From Candidatus Parcubacteria bacterium (GTDB lineage: Bacteria; Patescibacteriota; Minisyncoccia; Phycocordibacterales; JAACPR01): a stretch of DNA of 64,000 nt. A program made the translations under genes and the position numbers. This document shows, in pieces, positions 1 to 8,219 of the stretch. Below the pieces are notes generated by a model. It was not told the DNA's origin. It searched no databases and was given only the letters and a program-made list of their open reading frames with translations. The first letter of the stretch is position 1; each line of letters opens with the position of its first letter. The DNA lies in NCBI GenBank assembly GCA_009995365.1, contig JAACPR010000003.1, forward strand, positions 405 to 64,404, in the 5' to 3' direction.

Positions 1-323
1 AGATCTTCTTCATGATGAAAAAAATGATATTTATTCATGCGAAGTTTGGATTCATCAGAGATCTCGTCCCAAAAGATTGTGTCACCGATAGCTTTGGTTT
101 TTACACCAGTATTCTGGTTGATCCAGCTGGAGAAATCTTTTCCGTCTGAAAAGACTTTCGCGTGGGCATCATATCCAGCAAAACTTTGCGCTTTGACCGG
201 AAAATCGGTTATTAGACACTCGCCATCATTTAAAGGGTTAAACCCTTTAACATCTCTCAAAAAAGCTTCTGCTTGAATTTGAGAAATGTGGGTTACTTCA
301 TTTTTTTTCATTGTTTTTGGCAT
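1..323 (-). CDS. Hypothetical protein, 5' part only. The gene runs off the window start. ATG at 323 with a GGAGGT ribosome-binding site 5 nt upstream.
   Basis: Reverse complement of 1-323 translates as MPKTMKKNEVTHISQIQAEAFLRDVKGFNPLNDGECLITDF... A strong Shine-Dalgarno sequence (ggaggt at 327-332) precedes the ATG. The listed plus-strand ORF 37..276 overlaps it and is less plausible. Confidence 0.4.
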   Translation of the reverse strand, partial: MPKTMKKNEVTHISQIQAEAFLRDVKGFNPLNDGECLITDFPVKAQSFAGYDAHAKVFSDGKDFSSWINQNTGVKTKAIGDTIFWDEISDESKLRMNKYHFFHHEED

Positions 324-469
324 TTTACCTCCTTATGGTTTATTGTTTTTGTTGTGTAGAAAGAACTTATCCTTAGAATTAAGGAAGTCAAGAATATAAC
401 ATAATTTGAAATAAAGTCAACCTTTTGCGTCGGACTTTAGATTTTATTTAGATTTTAGGTAAAAATGCT

Positions 470-1396
470 TTGATATTAAAAATGAAAAAAATATCTAAAA
501 TTTGCCTAGTTTCTCTGTTTGTATTTTTTGTTATTTCTACTTTTTTACTGATTCAAATTTTCTGGCACGAAAATCAGCAAAAGTTTCTAGAAATAGTTTT
601 TCTTGATGTTGGACAAGGTGATGCGATTTATATCGAAACACCAAATGGTTTTAAAACATTAATAGATACTGGCCCCAATTCGATGGTAGTTAGGTCCGTT
701 GCCAAGCACTTGCCATTTTATGATAAAAGTATTGATCTCTTATTGGTAACACATTCAGATTCAGATCATGTTGGCGGAGCAGTAGAAGTTTTAAAGCGAT
801 TTGAAATAAATTCTTTTGTTCAAAATTCTGTCGTTGATAATGATGCTCTTAATACAGAAATTCAGAAAATGATTGATGAAGAAAAAATTGATCAATATTT
901 TTTGAAATCAGGAGACAAAATAATCCTCGATCATGAAGAAGAAATTTATTTAGAAATTTTATGGCCTCCAGACGATCATGAAGAAAGTGATAATAATGAT
1001 AATTCAATAGTTGCGCGACTTGTTTATGGAGAAGTCCGCGTAATGCTAACCGGAGACGCTTCTCTAGAAATTGAAGAAAAAATAATTAACGCCTTGAAAA
1101 ATAAAAAATATTCCACCGAAAATGATTATTTACAATCAGATATTCTAAAAGCAGGACATCACGGATCAAAGACCTCGACTAGTTTGAATTTTTTGCAGGT
1201 AACTAATCCGGAATTTATTATTATTTCAGCAGGAAAAGATAATCGTTTCGGGCATCCTCATCAAGAAGTTTTGAATAATATAGAAGAATACAATAAAAAT
1301 AAGGAACAAGAAGAAAAAATAAAAACCCTAGAAACATCTGTTCTAGGGTCTATCCACTTTGAGAGTGATGGAGAATCAGTCTGGTTAGTTGATTAA
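470..1396 (+). CDS. ComEC/Rec2-like metallo-beta-lactamase-fold domain protein with an N-terminal membrane anchor
   Basis: Motifs VFLDVGQGDAIYIE, LLLVTHSDSDHVGG and AGHHGSKTSTS are typical of the ComEC C-terminal MBL domain. The true start may be 482 (MKKISK). Confidence 0.65.
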   Translation: MILKMKKISKICLVSLFVFFVISTFLLIQIFWHENQQKFLEIVFLDVGQGDAIYIETPNGFKTLIDTGPNSMVVRSVAKHLPFYDKSIDLLLVTHSDSDHVGGAVEVLKRFEINSFVQNSVVDNDALNTEIQKMIDEEKIDQYFLKSGDKIILDHEEEIYLEILWPPDDHEESDNNDNSIVARLVYGEVRVMLTGDASLEIEEKIINALKNKKYSTENDYLQSDILKAGHHGSKTSTSLNFLQVTNPEFIIISAGKDNRFGHPHQEVLNNIEEYNKNKEQEEKIKTLETSVLGSIHFESDGESVWLVD

Positions 1397-1413
1397 ATAA
1401 ACACTCAAAAGCC

Positions 1414-1659
1414 TTATTTTATAATTCCAGCTTTTTTAAGAGTTTTATAAGCACCATTTTTGTTAATTGTCTTGATTCCTTTTGTTGAAACATTTACTGT
1501 GACGTTTTTATTCATCTCAGGAACAAAAATAGTTTTCTTTTGGATATTTACCTGTCTTCTTTTTTTACCTCCAGGATTGAATTGAGTAGCACGCGTACGG
1601 TTTGAATATTGACCGCCGACTCGTGATTTCTTTCCTGTTATTGCGCATTCTTTTGCCAT
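1414..1659 (-). CDS. rpmB: 50S ribosomal protein L28
   Basis: N-terminus MAKECAITGKK...SNRTR, basic, about 80 aa, L28-like. Confidence 0.8.
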   Translation of the reverse strand: MAKECAITGKKSRVGGQYSNRTRATQFNPGGKKRRQVNIQKKTIFVPEMNKNVTVNVSTKGIKTINKNGAYKTLKKAGIIK

Positions 1660-1854
1660 AATTTTGTTGTTCGACTATCATAGCAGAACATTTTTGTTTG
1701 TCAAAGCACCTAACAAATTTGGCAAAGCCCTCTCTCAAATTGGTTTCGGACTCTGTTTTATTTTTAAAGGAAGTCCTGCAAAGATTTTCGATAGGACTTT
1801 GCCAAATTTGTTAACTTGTTAATAAACAGAGAAAAGTTTAGAATAGACTAACTT

Positions 1855-2478
1855 ATGGAAACAGTAGTAATATTTTCAATAGCTATTTTAATAATGTCCG
1901 TCGTGATTCACGAGGTGGCCCACGGCTATGCCGCACTTTGGCTTGGAGATGTGACGGCAAAATATGCGGGGCGTCTGACGCTTAACCCGATAAAACATAT
2001 TGATCCGGTTGGTTCTATTATATTGCCTGTGGTCATGGCTCTTTTACCAGGGAATCTTATTTTTGGATGGGCAAAGCCGGTTCCTTATAATCCTTATAAT
2101 TTAAAAAACCAGAGGTGGGGGGAGTTAATTGTGGCTGCGGCCGGGCCCCTTTCTAATATTATTCTTGCTTTGATTTTTGGTATTTTAATTAGATTTTCTC
2201 CTGTTTTAGGATTACCACAATCTTTTGTAGAGATATCTGTTACAGTTGTTCTTATTAATCTTATATTAGCAATCTTTAATTTAATACCAGTTGCTCCGCT
2301 TGATGGTTCAAAGATACTTTATTCATTATTGCCAGAAGACAAGGCCAGAGCGTTTGCAGATTTCACACAAAGATATGGTATTTTTCTTTTGATATTTTTC
2401 ATTTTCGTCTTGTGGCAATTTATCATATATATAGTATTTTTCTTGGCACAATTAATAACAGGATTGCCAATATTTTAA
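1855..2478 (+). CDS. Site-2 protease (M50) family membrane zinc metalloprotease
   Basis: HEVAHG (HExxH) in the first transmembrane segment, LNPIKHIDPVGS, and a multi-pass hydrophobic profile. Confidence 0.6.
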   Translation: METVVIFSIAILIMSVVIHEVAHGYAALWLGDVTAKYAGRLTLNPIKHIDPVGSIILPVVMALLPGNLIFGWAKPVPYNPYNLKNQRWGELIVAAAGPLSNIILALIFGILIRFSPVLGLPQSFVEISVTVVLINLILAIFNLIPVAPLDGSKILYSLLPEDKARAFADFTQRYGIFLLIFFIFVLWQFIIYIVFFLAQLITGLPIF

Positions 2479-2494
2479 TTTCTATCTAAAAACC

Positions 2495-2523
2495 TTGCAT
2501 TTTTAGAACAGTTCTGCTAAATT
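2495..2523 (+). promoter_or_regulatory. Putative sigma70 promoter of the rpsL-rpsG operon: TTGCAT, 17-nt spacer, (TGC)TAAATT
   Basis: The -35/-10 spacing lies just upstream of the rpsL start at 2535. Confidence 0.3.
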
Positions 2524-2534
2524 ATCGTCTACTT

Positions 2535-2948
2535 ATGCCAACAATAAATCAATTGGTTAAAAAAGGAAGAAATAAGACAGCCCGCAAATCAAAAGCGGTG
2601 GCTTTGACTCGTGGTTTCAATTCTGAAAAGAACAAACCAACTTTTTATAATTCTCCATTCAAAAGAGGTGTTTGTACAAAAGTTACAACAAAGACTCCTA
2701 GAAAACCTAACTCAGCTGTTCGTAAAGTTGCTCGTGTTCGTTTAACTAACGGAATGGAGGTTACTGCTTATATTCCAGGTATGGGACATAACCTACAAGA
2801 GCACTCAGTTGTTCTTCTTCGTGGAGGTCGTGTAAAGGACGTTAACATTCGTTATACAATTGTTCGTGGTGTTCTAGATGCCGAAGGTGTACAAAACAGA
2901 AATAATTCTCGTTCACGATATGGTGCTAAAAAACCCAAAGGGGAATAA
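2535..2948 (+). CDS. rpsL: 30S ribosomal protein S12
   Basis: [12 protein letters not shown]...[25 protein letters not shown] is a canonical S12 sequence. Confidence 0.95.
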   Translation: MPTINQLVKKGRNKTARKSKAVALTRGFNSEKNKPTFYNSPFKRGVCTKVTTKTPRKPNSAVRKVARVRLTNGMEVTAYIPGMGHNLQEHSVVLLRGGRVKDVNIRYTIVRGVLDAEGVQNRNNSRSRYGAKKPKGE

Positions 2949-2974
2949 TATAGAGAGATAAATAATTTTAAATT

Positions 2975-3445
2975 ATGCGAAGACAAGTAAAAAATAGAAA
3001 TATTGCAAAAGCAGATGATAAATACAATTCAGTAAAAATTGGTAAGTTTATTAATCATTTAATGATGGACGGTAAAAAATCTGTTGCTATAAGAGTTGTT
3101 TATGACGCTTTTGAAATCATTAAGGAAAAAGAAAAAGTAGAAAACCCACTAGAAGTTTTTGAAACAGCTTTAAAAAATATCTCTCCAATGGTCGAAGTTC
3201 GTTCTCGTAGAGTTGGTGGTGCTAACTACCAAGTTCCTCGTGAAGTTCGTCCAGAGCGTCGTCTATATCTAGGTATGACATGGTTGTTAAATGCAGCTAG
3301 AAGCGGGAAAGGTAAACCAATGGCTAATAGATTAGCTGATGAGATTATCCTTGCATCTAAAGGTGAAGGTGAATCAGTCAAGAAGAAAGAAAATATGCAT
3401 AAAATGGCTGAGGCCAACAAAGCTTTCGCTCACTTCGCTTGGTAG
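2975..3445 (+). CDS. rpsG: 30S ribosomal protein S7
   Basis: The segment VEVRSRRVGGANYQVPREVRPERR is a conserved S7 block. Confidence 0.95.
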   Translation: MRRQVKNRNIAKADDKYNSVKIGKFINHLMMDGKKSVAIRVVYDAFEIIKEKEKVENPLEVFETALKNISPMVEVRSRRVGGANYQVPREVRPERRLYLGMTWLLNAARSGKGKPMANRLADEIILASKGEGESVKKKENMHKMAEANKAFAHFAW

Positions 3446-3477
3446 TGATATCGAATTACAATACATTTTTTTAAAAA

Positions 3478-3503
3478 AGCGACTAACCTAAGTCGTTTTT
3501 TTT
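3478..3503 (+). terminator. Rho-independent terminator after rpsG (GCGACTaacctaAGTCG followed by T8)
   Basis: A hairpin plus a U-tract separates rpsG from the inserted pilin-like gene. Confidence 0.5.
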
Positions 3504-3524
3504 GTTATAATTACACTTTATTTT

Positions 3525-4052
3525 ATGCGCAATAAAGCCTTCACTTTAATAGAATTACTCGTTGTAATTTCAATAGTTAGCCTTCTTTCTAGTGTGGTTA
3601 TTTCTGAATTAAATAAGAGTAGAAATGAAGCTAAGATGAAAGTTTCTTTGGAGAAAGTCAGAATTTTAAGAGATAACATAATAATTGCTCAAGGTAATAC
3701 AGGAAATACTCTTAGGCAGATTACTGGTTCAGGATGTAGTAGGTGTCACAGTAGTTGTAGTAATACTGATTTAAAAAATGTTTCAACAGAATGTTATTCT
3801 AGATGGGTTAATGCTGTGGATGATATTTTTAATGTTTCTGGGGAGATTTATAGGAGTAGCAAAGAATCTCTGTATAGAGATGCTTGGGGTAGTCCTTTTA
3901 TATTAGATGAAAATGAAGGAGAAGTATCAACTGCCTACTGTAGAAGGGATACTTTAAATATTGTAGGACCTGATGGAGTTTACAACACATCTGATGATAT
4001 TAGAATAAATTTACCATACACAGGATATGGTCAAAAAATTTGTGATAATTAA
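3525..4052 (+). CDS. Type IV pilin-like protein with an N-terminal prepilin cleavage/methylation domain and a Cys-rich C-terminal part
   Basis: MRNKAFTLIELLVVISIVSLL is a class III signal with F+1 and E+5. The gene is inserted between rpsG and fusA, with a TATAAT -10 element at 3506-3511. Confidence 0.6.
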   Translation: MRNKAFTLIELLVVISIVSLLSSVVISELNKSRNEAKMKVSLEKVRILRDNIIIAQGNTGNTLRQITGSGCSRCHSSCSNTDLKNVSTECYSRWVNAVDDIFNVSGEIYRSSKESLYRDAWGSPFILDENEGEVSTAYCRRDTLNIVGPDGVYNTSDDIRINLPYTGYGQKICDN

Positions 4053-4201
4053 TTGAAAAATTTATATAGATCTTGCACAGTGTGGTCTTTTAATGTAATC
4101 TTTCCTCTAAGCGAGGATTTCTCAAGGATTTTCCCTTTGCTTTTATTATTACAAAGTCGACTGGAATAGTCGAAATTTAAATTTAATTAAAAATATATAT
4201 T

Positions 4202-6346
4202 ATGAATCGTGATTATCCACTAAATAAAGTTAGAAACTTCGGTATTATTGCCCACATTGATGCCGGAAAAACTACAACATCAGAAAGAATTCTTTTCTAT
4301 ACCGGTGTATCTCACAAAATCGGGGAAGTTCATGAAGGTGCTGCAGTTATGGACTGGATGGAACAAGAAAGAGAAAGAGGTATTACTATTACTTCTGCTG
4401 CTACAACAGCTTTTTGGGTTCCAACATACGAAGATGCAACTGATGAATCTAAAAAAAATCGTTTTAATATTATTGACACACCAGGACACGTTGACTTTAC
4501 AGCTGAAGTAGAACGTTCTCTAAAAGTTCTAGACGGTGGTGTTGTTGTGTTTGACGGTGTTGCTGGAGTTGAACCACAATCAGAAACAGTTTGGAGACAA
4601 GCTGATAAATATGGTGTTCCAAGAATTTGTTTTATTAACAAACTTGATAGAACTGGAGCTAGCTTTGAGAAATCATTCCAATCTATTATCAAAAGATTAA
4701 GTCCTAATGCTGTTCGTGCCCAACTACCATGGGGACATGAAGCAGATCTAAAAGGAGTTATTGATCTTCTTACAATGAAAGCTTACACATTTGAAGGTGA
4801 AATGGGTAATAAAGTAATTGAACAAGAAATTCCAGAAGAATTAAAAGCGGATGCTGAAAAATATCGTAGTGAATTTATTGAAAAAATCGTTGAACAAGAC
4901 GATGAATTGATGGAAAAATTCTTAGGTGGAGAAGAAATTGCTTTGGATAAACTAAAAGCAGCACTTAGAAAAGGTGTTATTGCTAATCAAATCATTCCAG
5001 TATTTACAGGTTCAGCACTTAAAAACGTCGGAGTTCAAAAAGTTCTAGATGCCGTTGTAGATTACCTACCAGCTCCAGACGATGTTCCCCCAATTAAAGG
5101 AGAAAATCCAGATACAGCAGAACCAATGGAAAGAAAATCATCAGATGATGAGCCATTTGCTGCTCTTGCTTTCAAATTACAGACTGACCCATTCGTAGGA
5201 CAGCTTACTTTCTTCCGTGTTTATTCGGGAACAGTATCAGCAGGTTCTTATGTATATAATTCATCAACAGGAAAAAAAGAAAGACTTGGTCGTATCGTTA
5301 GAATGCATGCAAACGATAGAGAAGAAGTGGATACAGTTTATGCTGGAGAAATCGCAGCTGCTGTAGGTCTAAAAGAAACTACAACTTCTGACACGCTTTG
5401 TGATGAAAATAATCCAATTATTCTAGAAAAAATTGAGTTCGCAGAACCAGTTATTTCTATGAGGATTGAGCCAAAGACAAAGGCTGATCAAGAAAAAATG
5501 GGTATGGCTCTTAGTCGTCTTTCATCAGAAGACCCAACTTTCCGTGTTCAAACTGATCAAGAAACTTTGGAAACTGTTATTTCAGGTATGGGTGAGCTTC
5601 ACCTTGATATTATTGTTGATCGTATGAAAAGAGAATTTAATGTCGAAGCAAATGTTGGTAAACCACAAGTTGCTTATCGTGAAACTATTCAAGGAAATGG
5701 TGAAGCAGAACATAAATACATCAAACAATCCGGAGGTAAAGGTCAATACGGTCATGTTAAGATTCGTGTTAAACCAATGGATATGACTGTTAACGCAGAA
5801 GAGCTTCCAAAGAATATTAAAAGAGATGGAGGATTTGAATTTGTTAACTCAATCAAAGGTGGTGTTATTCCAAACGAATTCATTCCAGCCTGTGAAAAAG
5901 GATTTAAAGAAGCTATGGAGCGCGGTATCGTTGCAGGATACAAGATGACAGATGTTTCAGTAGAGCTATACGATGGTTCTTACCATGATGTTGACTCTTC
6001 AGAAATTGCTTTCAAACTTGCGTCTTCAATGGCTTTCCAAGAAGCTGCTAGATCAGCTAGACCAGTTCTACTAGAACCTATTATGAAAGTAGAAGTTACT
6101 TCACCAGAGGAATTTACTGGAGATATTACAGGTAACCTTTCATCAAAGCGTGGACAAGTAGAAGGTATGGATGATCAAGGAAACGGAATCACTGTTATTC
6201 ACTCAAAAGTTCCTTTGTCAGAATTGTTCGGTTACACAACAACTCTTCGTTCTATGACACAAGGTCGTGCTTCAGCAACTATCGAACCGGATCATTATGA
6301 TGTTGTTCCAGCTAATGTTGCCGAAGAAATTAAAGCAGGGAAGTAA
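4202..6346 (+). CDS. fusA: Elongation factor G
   Basis: [26 protein letters not shown] and the full 714-aa EF-G architecture. Confidence 0.95.
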   Translation: MNRDYPLNKVRNFGIIAHIDAGKTTTSERILFYTGVSHKIGEVHEGAAVMDWMEQERERGITITSAATTAFWVPTYEDATDESKKNRFNIIDTPGHVDFTAEVERSLKVLDGGVVVFDGVAGVEPQSETVWRQADKYGVPRICFINKLDRTGASFEKSFQSIIKRLSPNAVRAQLPWGHEADLKGVIDLLTMKAYTFEGEMGNKVIEQEIPEELKADAEKYRSEFIEKIVEQDDELMEKFLGGEEIALDKLKAALRKGVIANQIIPVFTGSALKNVGVQKVLDAVVDYLPAPDDVPPIKGENPDTAEPMERKSSDDEPFAALAFKLQTDPFVGQLTFFRVYSGTVSAGSYVYNSSTGKKERLGRIVRMHANDREEVDTVYAGEIAAAVGLKETTTSDTLCDENNPIILEKIEFAEPVISMRIEPKTKADQEKMGMALSRLSSEDPTFRVQTDQETLETVISGMGELHLDIIVDRMKREFNVEANVGKPQVAYRETIQGNGEAEHKYIKQSGGKGQYGHVKIRVKPMDMTVNAEELPKNIKRDGGFEFVNSIKGGVIPNEFIPACEKGFKEAMERGIVAGYKMTDVSVELYDGSYHDVDSSEIAFKLASSMAFQEAARSARPVLLEPIMKVEVTSPEEFTGDITGNLSSKRGQVEGMDDQGNGITVIHSKVPLSELFGYTTTLRSMTQGRASATIEPDHYDVVPANVAEEIKAGK

Positions 6347-6354
6347 GCACACCA

Positions 6355-6490
6355 CCAACATTAACTTATAGAAAACACGAATCAGCGACCTACTCGGGTC
6401 GCTGTTCTCGTCTCGGACGAACTCTTAATTTTATCGACATAGTAGTTCGACCCGTTCGTCCTGTGACGGGTTTTCTATAAGTTAATGTTT
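6355..6490. repeat. About 135-nt palindromic structured element immediately downstream of fusA. A roughly 20-bp outer stem encloses nested hairpins.
   Basis: The outer arms are aacattaacttatagaaaac and gttttctataagttaatgtt. Inner hairpins are cagcgacc...ggtcgctg and cggacgaac...gttcgtcc. Confidence 0.5.
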
Positions 6491-6536
6491 AGTGGTTTAT
6501 TAAAGTTTTACAAGAAAATACTCAATCCAAAAAAGC

Positions 6537-6564
6537 TTGACAAAAGTTGTGAATATGTTATACT
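6537..6564 (+). promoter_or_regulatory. Strong sigma70-like promoter (TTGACA, 16-nt spacer, TATACT) upstream of the DGR target gene
   Basis: Near-consensus -35/-10 elements. About 190 nt of structured leader follow before the ATG at 6756. Confidence 0.4.
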
Positions 6565-6755
6565 ATAAATATAAGTTCATTAAGAAACAAATACTTGCGA
6601 AATTGTATTTATTCAATTAGTCACAGTTTCAGGTAGCTATATTTAATTATTAACAAACAACTAGCTATCTAAAACTGTGACTAATAAAGTCCAGTATTCT
6701 AATTTAATAGATTAGAATCCACACTAAACTAATAGTTATAGAAAAGGACAATAAA

Positions 6756-7349
6756 ATGCAAAATAAATACAAAGACATCTCGTTCGGCACAGCTGAAGCA
6801 GTTTTCAACAAGTTGGGCGGTAAAGAAGGGATTGAAAAATTCCTTCGTGACGAAACCAAGGTTGTTGAGGTTGAAGTTACTGAATTCCCAGAATTCATGA
6901 CAATCAAGATCGGCACCCACGATTCGGTCGACGAACTCCGCCAGTCCCTCAAAGACAAAGGAAATCGTATCTCCAGTTACGGAAACGATATCCTTGGTAA
7001 GATCGCCCTCGCCGAAACCGAGACGGAAGTTACGCTGCACTCTGCGACGGTCAAGGAATTGACCGGCAAAGATGTTGCCAGCAATCGCGAAATCAACGAA
7101 GCAATCCGCTCGAAGGGTTACGATCTCTGCCCCGCAGAGGTGGGACCGCAACTTCGGTTGCAGTACTCTGACCAACCTTCTGGCGAATACCTACGTGTTG
7201 CGATGGAGCCAATCGCCGATTCCGACGGCGACCTCTTCATCTTCGACGTCAATCACGCCTACGATGATCGTTGGCTCGATAGCGACGGCGGGCACCCTGA
7301 CGATCGGTGGAACGGTGGCTATCGTTTCGTCTTCGTTTCTCGCAAGTAG
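6756..7349 (+). CDS. DGR target protein (variable protein) with the variable repeat at its C-terminus
   Basis: The C-terminal 133 nt are homologous to a downstream template repeat, and all mismatches sit at template-repeat adenines. The ending ...GGYRFVFVSRK is weakly reminiscent of a C-type-lectin-fold terminus. Local GC content is elevated. Confidence 0.8.
   Translation: MQNKYKDISFGTAEAVFNKLGGKEGIEKFLRDETKVVEVEVTEFPEFMTIKIGTHDSVDELRQSLKDKGNRISSYGNDILGKIALAETETEVTLHSATVKELTGKDVASNREINEAIRSKGYDLCPAEVGPQLRLQYSDQPSGEYLRVAMEPIADSDGDLFIFDVNHAYDDRWLDSDGGHPDDRWNGGYRFVFVSRK
7215..7347 (+). repeat. DGR variable repeat (VR)
   Basis: Aligns over about 133 nt with 7712-7844. About 15 differences all correspond to A in the template repeat (A to G/T/C). 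The identical GC-rich 3' end gtttcgtcttcgtttctcgcaa is an IMH-like segment. Confidence 0.85.
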
Positions 7350-7404
7350 CTTAGTGCTTTGGACTTGGTCACTCTGACCTAGTCCTTAGATACTTAGACC
7401 TTAG

Positions 7405-7443
7405 TCCCGCCCAATCGTTAGATTGGTGCGGGGCTTTTTTTAT
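7405..7443 (+). terminator. GC-rich hairpin plus T-run downstream of the variable repeat. It is a terminator and possibly the DGR homing-enhancing hairpin.
   Basis: cccgcccaatcgttagattggtgcgggg followed by cttttttt. Confidence 0.5.
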
Positions 7444-7711
7444 TGTATAAAAATTTGTTAAAATATTTTTTGGTATTAGGTGAATATCAGTATATGATCA
7501 TGGTTGTATACCACTGAATCCAGCAATATGATAAATCGAGAATGTTTGCGACTACGGTTTCAAACAGAGTGGTTTATTTGAGCTTTTAAAAAAATAAAAA
7601 TACTTGGTGTGAGGTGTTATTGTATTTAAGATACAGAATTCGATACAACTTGTAGATAATAAATTTGATTATCGATAGGTAGTGGTATGGACGACGCTTC
7701 ATACAGAACGA

Positions 7712-7844
7712 ACCGATTCCGACGGCAACCTCAACATCTTCAACGTCAATCACGACAACGATGATCGTTGGCTCAATAGCAACAACGGGCACCCTGACAA
7801 TCAGTGGAACGGTGACAATCGTTTCGTCTTCGTTTCTCGCAAAT
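7712..7844 (+). repeat. DGR template repeat (TR)
   Basis: Near-identical to the variable repeat, with adenines at every variable position. It lies between the target gene and the reverse transcriptase. Confidence 0.85.
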
Positions 7845-7848
7845 CTTT

Positions 7849-8208
7849 TTATTTCTCTCCCGATTTATTGTTGGGAGAGTTTTGTTTTGTCAGTTGTCCA
7901 TTCCAGCCACCTAACATTTTTCCAATCTCTTCGATTTTTAGAGACAAAGCAATATACTTTTTATGATTTAAACTTTTGCTCTCCCATAAAATCATTAAAA
8001 GTATTTTGAGAGTGTCTATTTTTCTAATTCCAACACGAACATAAGGTTGTTTTTCTTTGGGACTTAAAAAACATGCTTGAGCAATCATTTCAATGCTTTC
8101 AATAAATAGTTTATCGATTTTTATACCTAGAGAATGACGATGTAGTTTTGGAATAGCTTGATAATAACTAAACCAGAGTAAATATAATTCTTTTAGTTTT
8201 TGAAGCAC
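7849..8208 (-). CDS. avd: Avd-like accessory variability determinant (four-helix-bundle, 23S rRNA intervening-sequence protein family) with a GTG start, encoded antisense to the TR-RT spacer
   Basis: 119 aa and basic. ...IPKLHRHSLG... and the C-terminal IEEIGKMLGGWNGQLTKQ resemble the bAvd/PF05635 C-terminus (…eeigkmL..). It sits between the template repeat and the reverse transcriptase. Confidence 0.65.
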   Translation of the reverse strand: MLQKLKELYLLWFSYYQAIPKLHRHSLGIKIDKLFIESIEMIAQACFLSPKEKQPYVRVGIRKIDTLKILLMILWESKSLNHKKYIALSLKIEEIGKMLGGWNGQLTKQNSPNNKSGEK

Positions 8209-8219
8209 TGGTAAAAGCT

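Noticed and set aside
4248-5943. ORFs antisense to or overlapping fusA (4248..4511, 4280..4489, 4330..4692, 5752..5943)
   Set aside because: They lie entirely within the highly conserved EF-G coding frame and are spurious.
6704-8009. ORFs 6704..6958(-), 6729..7175(-), 7072..7377(+), 7682..7966(+), 7761..8009(+)
   Set aside because: They are alternate-frame or antisense reads through the GC-rich DGR target, VR and TR region. Open frames are expected by chance in GC-rich, A-depleted repeats.
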